Positions 58,761 through 64,000 of a DNA stretch of 64,000 nucleotides are shown one piece after another. Each line of letters opens with the position of its first letter. Within the stretch, counting starts at the first letter, position 1. A model generated the notes under the pieces. It saw only the letters and a list, made by a program, of their open reading frames with translations, ran no database searches and was not told where the DNA came from. The stretch spans positions 1,400,577 through 1,464,576 of the forward strand of contig OZ240237.1 of assembly GCA_965198025.1 (NCBI GenBank), read 5' to 3'. Origin of the DNA: Terriglobia bacterium (GTDB lineage Bacteria > Acidobacteriota > Terriglobia > 2-12-FULL-54-10). Both the position numbers and the translations under genes were made by a program.

Positions 58761-59738
58761 ATGGATTGGCATCAAATCTGGGTCATCACCAGCACGCCGG
58801 ATAATATTCCGATCGTGGCGCTCATCTTCCTGGTGCCGTTTTACGGCTGGTACGCCTTCAAGCAAGCCTTCGCGAATGACCGGCTGATCGCGCAACTGGA
58901 AGCTAACCCGGAGATGGCCAAAACGCACCACCGTAAGACACTTCCCTACAAGAGCGGCTGGGCCAAGGATGTTCCGGTCTGGCCGTTCTTGTTGCGCATG
59001 GAGTTCCTGGCGGCGCTGATTGTTACCGTGGTTCTCTTTGTCTGGTCCATCACGCTGAATGCACCCCTTGAGGAGCCCGCCAATCCAAGCATCACCATGA
59101 ATCCCGCCAAAGCACCCTGGTACTTCCTGGGATTGCAGGAAATGCTGGTGTACTTCGATCCGTGGATGGCCGGCGTGATCCTTCCGACGCTGATCGTGGT
59201 AGGCCTGATGGCCATCCCTTATATGGACATGAATCCCTTGGGGAACGGGTACTACACGTACAAGCAGCGGAAGTTCGCTATCTGGACCTTCTGCTTCGGC
59301 TTCATCGGCTTGTGGGTGTTGATGGTGGTGATCGGAACCTTCATTCGAGGGCCCGGCTGGATGTGGTTCTGGCCCGGGCAAACGTGGGATCACAGCCGCT
59401 TGATCTTCGAGATCAACCGCGACCTGGATCAGATCGTGGCCGGGACTTTTGCCTCCCTGGGCATGCTGAGCGTGTCCGAGTTCTTCGGCAATATCTGGGT
59501 GCGGACGGTGTTCGGAGCGATCGTGACGGGGCTGTACTTTGCCGTCGCGGGTTTCGCGATTCATAAACTGATCGTTCTTACTGAATTCAACCGCAAGGTG
59601 TACGCCCGAATGTCGATGCTGCAATACCTGACACTGCAGCTGCTGCTAACGTTCATGCTTCTCCTGCCGGTGAAGATTGTGCTGCGGCTGTTGTTCCGGA
59701 TCAAATACATTTGGGTGACACCCTGGTTCAATATTTGA
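58761..59738 (+). CDS. Cytochrome b C-terminal subunit (subunit IV-like)
   Basis: APLEEPANP..NPAKAPWYFLGLQE, multiple TM helices. Confidence 0.88.
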   Translation: MDWHQIWVITSTPDNIPIVALIFLVPFYGWYAFKQAFANDRLIAQLEANPEMAKTHHRKTLPYKSGWAKDVPVWPFLLRMEFLAALIVTVVLFVWSITLNAPLEEPANPSITMNPAKAPWYFLGLQEMLVYFDPWMAGVILPTLIVVGLMAIPYMDMNPLGNGYYTYKQRKFAIWTFCFGFIGLWVLMVVIGTFIRGPGWMWFWPGQTWDHSRLIFEINRDLDQIVAGTFASLGMLSVSEFFGNIWVRTVFGAIVTGLYFAVAGFAIHKLIVLTEFNRKVYARMSMLQYLTLQLLLTFMLLLPVKIVLRLLFRIKYIWVTPWFNI

Positions 59739-59777
59739 CGGAAGCAAGGACAGATTCCATGTTTGCGGAGCATGCCG

Positions 59778-62700
59778 ATGGCTGATACACCTCCCGCCGG
59801 AAAAGACCCTATCGTTACCGGTTCTTTGAGCTTTCCGCTCTTGATTTCCTCCCTGTTGCTGGTGATCACGCTAGTCTGGGCGCTGTTTGACGAAAGCTAT
59901 TGGCAGCGACCCTGGAAGAGTTTCCAGACTGATTTTGTCGAACTGTATTCCGGGTTTCTGGAGTCCGGCGCGATTCCGACGCAGCGAGAACGCGAGGAGG
60001 AGATTCGCGCGTCGGCCGAGTACCAGCGACTGCAAGCGGAGTTACAGGAAGCGGACCAGTCCGTGGCGGAGCAGGTGGCGGGGGTTGACCGGGAATCCCG
60101 TCTCTTATCGGCACAGATTCTGATCCTGAACCGGGTATTTGCCGAGGCACGCGGCGAGGTCCAGGCGCTGACTTACAATCTGGAGAACTCGGACAGCGAG
60201 GGCGCCCGTGCGGGATACGATCGGGACATCCAGCAGGCACGGAGCGAACAGCGGGAAGCGATTTTGCCTGTGGGCGGAGGCAACGGCGCGCTCGAGAGAG
60301 TCCTCTTCAGTTCCTATGACGAACTGGAAGCCCGGCTGGAAGGGGACAAGATTCGAAAAGCCGAGTTGGAAAATGAAAGAGTGCGGCTGACTGAACCGGC
60401 GCGTGACGTCCGTATAGCGCTGGACACGTATATGCAGGAGCAACTGGAAGGCCTGACCACTGGCGCCCTCAGCGGCGTGGCCGCCAGCATGGACAACTTT
60501 CGCGTGGAGATCAAGCAGATTCACGTGGCTGAGGTGGACTTGGTGGATCGGTGTGAGTCCTGCCACATCGGGATTCGCCAGCCGATAACCCTCACCGCGG
60601 ACGACATGGGCGGGCGGCGCGAGTTCACCAGCCATCCGACGCCGGAGTTGCTGCAGATTCACGATCCGGAACGCTTCGGATGTAGCCCGTGCCATAACGG
60701 CAACGGCCGGGCGACGACCAGCGTGGAAAAGGGGCATGGCAACTATGAGCACTGGCTCTGGCCTCTGTACCGTGCGGAGAACATCGATTCTGGCTGCCAG
60801 CAGTGCCACGCAGGGGACATGTATTTGCCTCATGCCGAGACTTTGAGCAAGGGCAAGGACCTGTTCGCCAACCGCGGCTGCGTCGGTTGCCATCGCTATG
60901 AAGGATTTGACACGGAGCCCGAGCAATTCCTCGAGGTGCAAAGAACGATCCAGGCAAAGCAACAGGAGAAGCGAGACAATCTGATCGAGGCGCAGCGCAA
61001 CGACGCGCAAGGCGACCGGGCTGAGACTGACGAAGAGGCGGTCCGACTGTATCAATTGGCGAATAACCTGCGCGTCGAGAGCAGCGGCATTGACGCCGAG
61101 ATTACAGAGTTGCGGACCCGCGCCCGCGACCTGCTGCGGGAACGCAAGAAAATCGGCCCCAATTTGAAGGAAGTTCGCATGAAGCTCAACCCCAACTGGC
61201 TGCCGGTGTGGATTGCGAACCCGCATGAATTTCGTCCCGACACGAAGATGCCGCGATTCCGCCTGGAGGAAGCACAGGTCCGGGCGATAGCTGCCTTTAT
61301 CTGGCAGTCCGGTGTAGAGGGAACTATCCCGTCCCGGCCCGCTGGCGACGCCGAGCGCGGCAAAGAGCTATTTGAGACGCGGGGCTGCATGGCGTGCCAT
61401 TCCGTCGGCGCCGGAGAAGACCGGTTGGGAGGCACGTTCGCAGCGAATTTGTCCCGTGTCGGGGAGAAGGCCAATTTCGATTATCTGGTTCGCTGGGTCC
61501 ACAACCCGCGCGAGCGCACGAGGCCTTACTGCCCGCTGGAACAGCGCGACCTCGGCCCGGAGGACTACGCCCGCCATAATCTGCCCTTCGAGTTCGATCT
61601 GGAGCATTCGGTCTGCCCGAACGACGGCAGCGAGCTCCAAGTGCAGCAGATGACTGTTATGCCGAACCTGCGGCTTACGTTCGCAGAGGCGCAGGACATT
61701 GCGAGCTACCTGATGACGCTCAAAATGCAAGAGCCTTCCGATTACCCCGTGGCCGACTACCTCGACGACCCGGCTTTGCGGGAGGAAGGGCTTGCCCTGG
61801 TGCGACATTTTGGCTGCGCCGGCTGCCACGAGATTGCGGAATTCGAAGTGGAAGGGCGGGTCGGAACGGAGCTGACAAAAGAAGGCAGCAAACCGATCGA
61901 GCAGCTTGACTTCGGTCTTCTGACCCACCAGGCCGAGCGCGAGGGTTGGTACAACCATAAGGGGTTCTTTGAGCGAAAGCTCGCTGACCCTGCCGTTTAT
62001 GACCAGGGAAAGGTCCGGCCGCCGTTGGAGCGGCTGCGCATGCCGGACTTCGATCTCAACCAGGAAGAAATTGACTCGCTGACGACGCTGCTGATTGGAA
62101 GCGTCGAGTCGGGCCTGCCGCAACACTTCTGGTATCAGCCGGACCAGCGGGGCCAAGACGTTCAGGAGGGCTGGAAGATCGTCCTGAAATACAACTGCAT
62201 GGGCTGCCACACCATCCAGATTGGGCAGCGGAGCGTTCTGATGGACCTGCCACTGTTCCAAACGCCGGAAGGTAGAGACCAGTTGCCGCCGCAGTTGGTG
62301 GGCCAAGGAGCGCGCGTAGATCCTCTCTGGCTCGCCGACTTTCTGAAGAATCCCGCTCGGAGCGAGACGGATCTGAACGGCAACGGTGTCCGGCCCTATT
62401 TGCAGGTCCGCATGCCGACATTCTCGTTCTCCGACGGAGAAGTGCAGAAGCTGGTGCGGTTCTTCGAGGCGCTTTCCTGGCAGGCCCGGCCCTACCTGGC
62501 CCCCACCCTGGAGCCGCTGACGAATCAGGAAATGGACCTGGCGCGAGGATTGTTCACCAGTCCCGGTGCGCCGTGCCTGGAGTGCCATGCTACGGGCGAG
62601 CCGCTGCACGATCAGAGGGCGACGGCTCCGAACTTCCTTCTGATGGGAGAGCGTCTGAAACCGGACTGGACGAGACGTTGGATGCTGGACCCGGCCCTGA

Positions 62701-62870
62701 TGGCGCCGGGCACCGCGATGCCCTCGGGACTCTTCCGGCAAGAGGGGAATCGTTATGTGTTCAATGCCGACCTCCCGGCCGGATTCGAGCAGTACACTGG
62801 AGACCACGCGGACCTTCTCGTTCGCTATATCTTCCAGTTCACGCCCGCGGAAATGGCGCGGCTCCGTTGA
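59778..62870 (+). CDS. Membrane-anchored multiheme cytochrome c (8 CxxCH)
   Basis: CESCH, CSPCH, CQQCH, CVGCH, CMACH, CAGCH, CMGCH, CLECH; N-terminal TM helix and coiled coils. Confidence 0.92.
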   Translation: MADTPPAGKDPIVTGSLSFPLLISSLLLVITLVWALFDESYWQRPWKSFQTDFVELYSGFLESGAIPTQREREEEIRASAEYQRLQAELQEADQSVAEQVAGVDRESRLLSAQILILNRVFAEARGEVQALTYNLENSDSEGARAGYDRDIQQARSEQREAILPVGGGNGALERVLFSSYDELEARLEGDKIRKAELENERVRLTEPARDVRIALDTYMQEQLEGLTTGALSGVAASMDNFRVEIKQIHVAEVDLVDRCESCHIGIRQPITLTADDMGGRREFTSHPTPELLQIHDPERFGCSPCHNGNGRATTSVEKGHGNYEHWLWPLYRAENIDSGCQQCHAGDMYLPHAETLSKGKDLFANRGCVGCHRYEGFDTEPEQFLEVQRTIQAKQQEKRDNLIEAQRNDAQGDRAETDEEAVRLYQLANNLRVESSGIDAEITELRTRARDLLRERKKIGPNLKEVRMKLNPNWLPVWIANPHEFRPDTKMPRFRLEEAQVRAIAAFIWQSGVEGTIPSRPAGDAERGKELFETRGCMACHSVGAGEDRLGGTFAANLSRVGEKANFDYLVRWVHNPRERTRPYCPLEQRDLGPEDYARHNLPFEFDLEHSVCPNDGSELQVQQMTVMPNLRLTFAEAQDIASYLMTLKMQEPSDYPVADYLDDPALREEGLALVRHFGCAGCHEIAEFEVEGRVGTELTKEGSKPIEQLDFGLLTHQAEREGWYNHKGFFERKLADPAVYDQGKVRPPLERLRMPDFDLNQEEIDSLTTLLIGSVESGLPQHFWYQPDQRGQDVQEGWKIVLKYNCMGCHTIQIGQRSVLMDLPLFQTPEGRDQLPPQLVGQGARVDPLWLADFLKNPARSETDLNGNGVRPYLQVRMPTFSFSDGEVQKLVRFFEALSWQARPYLAPTLEPLTNQEMDLARGLFTSPGAPCLECHATGEPLHDQRATAPNFLLMGERLKPDWTRRWMLDPALMAPGTAMPSGLFRQEGNRYVFNADLPAGFEQYTGDHADLLVRYIFQFTPAEMARLR

Positions 62871-63171
62871 TACCCGTGTCGCTCCGTTCGCTTTTGCAGC
62901 AGGCGGGCGAACGGAGACTCATTCATTGCACAAGCGAATCCCACGGCGCTTCGGCCGGACTGGGGCGGGGGATCGGCTAGTGTCCATCGCGATCCCTTGT
63001 GGCAAGCCCACGTAGCGGCCCGGACTTGAATTTCTAACAGGCGGGGGATACGATAATTGTGTTAGCCCTTTTCGTTTCTGTAGCGGAGTGTTGCGTGCGC
63101 GGAAGTTCAGCAGCGGGGCGCAGGTCCGCTCCGGACCAATCTGATCTTACCAAGTGGAAGGTACAAGAATA

Positions 63172-63954
63172 ATGATTCGAACAAATTGGACTTGGCTCCT
63201 TGCTCTTTCGGTTTCTCTGTCGCTGGCCGGTTGCGGCGGAGACGGTGAAGAGGCTGCTACTGGAGAGGCTGGCGGGGACACTTCCGCTACCATGGCTGCG
63301 CCAGTAGACCCGGCGATTGCTGCCACCATTAGCGGCCGGGTGGCCTTCATGGGAGAACAGCCTCCCCAGGTGCGCATTCGCATGGATGCGGTTCCCGCTT
63401 GCATTGAGGCGAACCCCGACCCGGTTTACGTGCAGGATGTCATGATGAACGAGAACGACACGCTGCAAAACGTCTTTGTATACGTCAAGGAAGGATTGGG
63501 AAACGGGCGGTATCCGGTTCCCTCCGAGGATGTGGAGCTTGACCAGAGCGGCTGCATGTACACCCCGCATGTGGTGGGTATGATGGCGGGGCAAAATGTC
63601 CGCTTCAAGAACACCGATCCGACCAACCATAACGTTCATCCGATACCGGCATCGAACCGGGAATGGAATCAGTCGCAGCCTCCCGGCTCGGAAGACATTG
63701 TGGAGCAGTTCCCGAGGCCGGAAGTGATGATCCCCATCAAGTGCAACGTCCATCCCTGGATGATCGCCTATGTAGGCGTTCTGCCGCACCCGTTCTTTTC
63801 GGTGACAGGCAACGACGGAACATTTGAAATCACCGGGTTGCCTCCCGGAGAGTACGTCATCGAGGCTTGGCATGAGAGGTTCGGAACGTTTACCCAGAAC
63901 GTGACGGTCGGAGCTTCGGAAACCCAAGAGATCGAGTTCACCATCGAAGGCTAA
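63172..63954 (+). CDS. Lipoprotein with cupredoxin-like and carboxypeptidase-regulatory-like domains
   Basis: Lipobox LAG-C; HNVH and CNVHPWM (type-1 copper-like ligand set); GTFEITGLPPGEY. Confidence 0.82.
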   Translation: MIRTNWTWLLALSVSLSLAGCGGDGEEAATGEAGGDTSATMAAPVDPAIAATISGRVAFMGEQPPQVRIRMDAVPACIEANPDPVYVQDVMMNENDTLQNVFVYVKEGLGNGRYPVPSEDVELDQSGCMYTPHVVGMMAGQNVRFKNTDPTNHNVHPIPASNREWNQSQPPGSEDIVEQFPRPEVMIPIKCNVHPWMIAYVGVLPHPFFSVTGNDGTFEITGLPPGEYVIEAWHERFGTFTQNVTVGASETQEIEFTIEG

Positions 63955-63974
63955 GCTGCGGAATTTTAATGCGG

Positions 63975-63999
63975 GCAGGCCGGTGAATTCCGGCCTTGC
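63975..63999 (+). terminator. Hairpin after the lipoprotein gene
   Basis: GCAGGCCGG-TGAATT-CCGGCCTTGC; any U-tail lies beyond the window. Confidence 0.4.
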
Positions 64000-64000
64000 T

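Overview
GC-rich bacterial chromosome segment; gene families and intergenic repeats suggest Acidobacteriota (inference). Housekeeping blocks: rsmI, dGTPase-yceD-rpmF, fabD-fabG, comM, tRNA-Leu(CAG), M20-asd-dapB, aroA, phoH-ybeY-corC-era, an NtrY/NtrX-like pair, dppBC, and a Rieske/split cytochrome b/octaheme cytochrome c complex. Accessory loci: a four-glycosyltransferase operon, two UbiD decarboxylase/transporter loci, a TonB-dependent receptor with an upstream His/Cys-rich leader ORF, a multicopper oxidase-ZIP-DtxR operon, and a decayed mobile pocket (IS1380 fragment, a MerB-like gene between exact 76-bp direct repeats, a dead IS3, a frameshifted toxin). The best candidate for a new system is 20040-23997 (minus strand). 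There, an exported heme-c/Vgb-like beta-propeller gene precedes an NHL-repeat propeller gene that the ORF track splits at a single in-frame UGA. The UGA falls mid-repeat and is followed by a SECIS-like hairpin, pointing to a 729-aa exported selenoprotein. Genes missing from the ORF track include a porin at the left edge and a 50-aa zinc-ribbon protein beside a UbiD gene.
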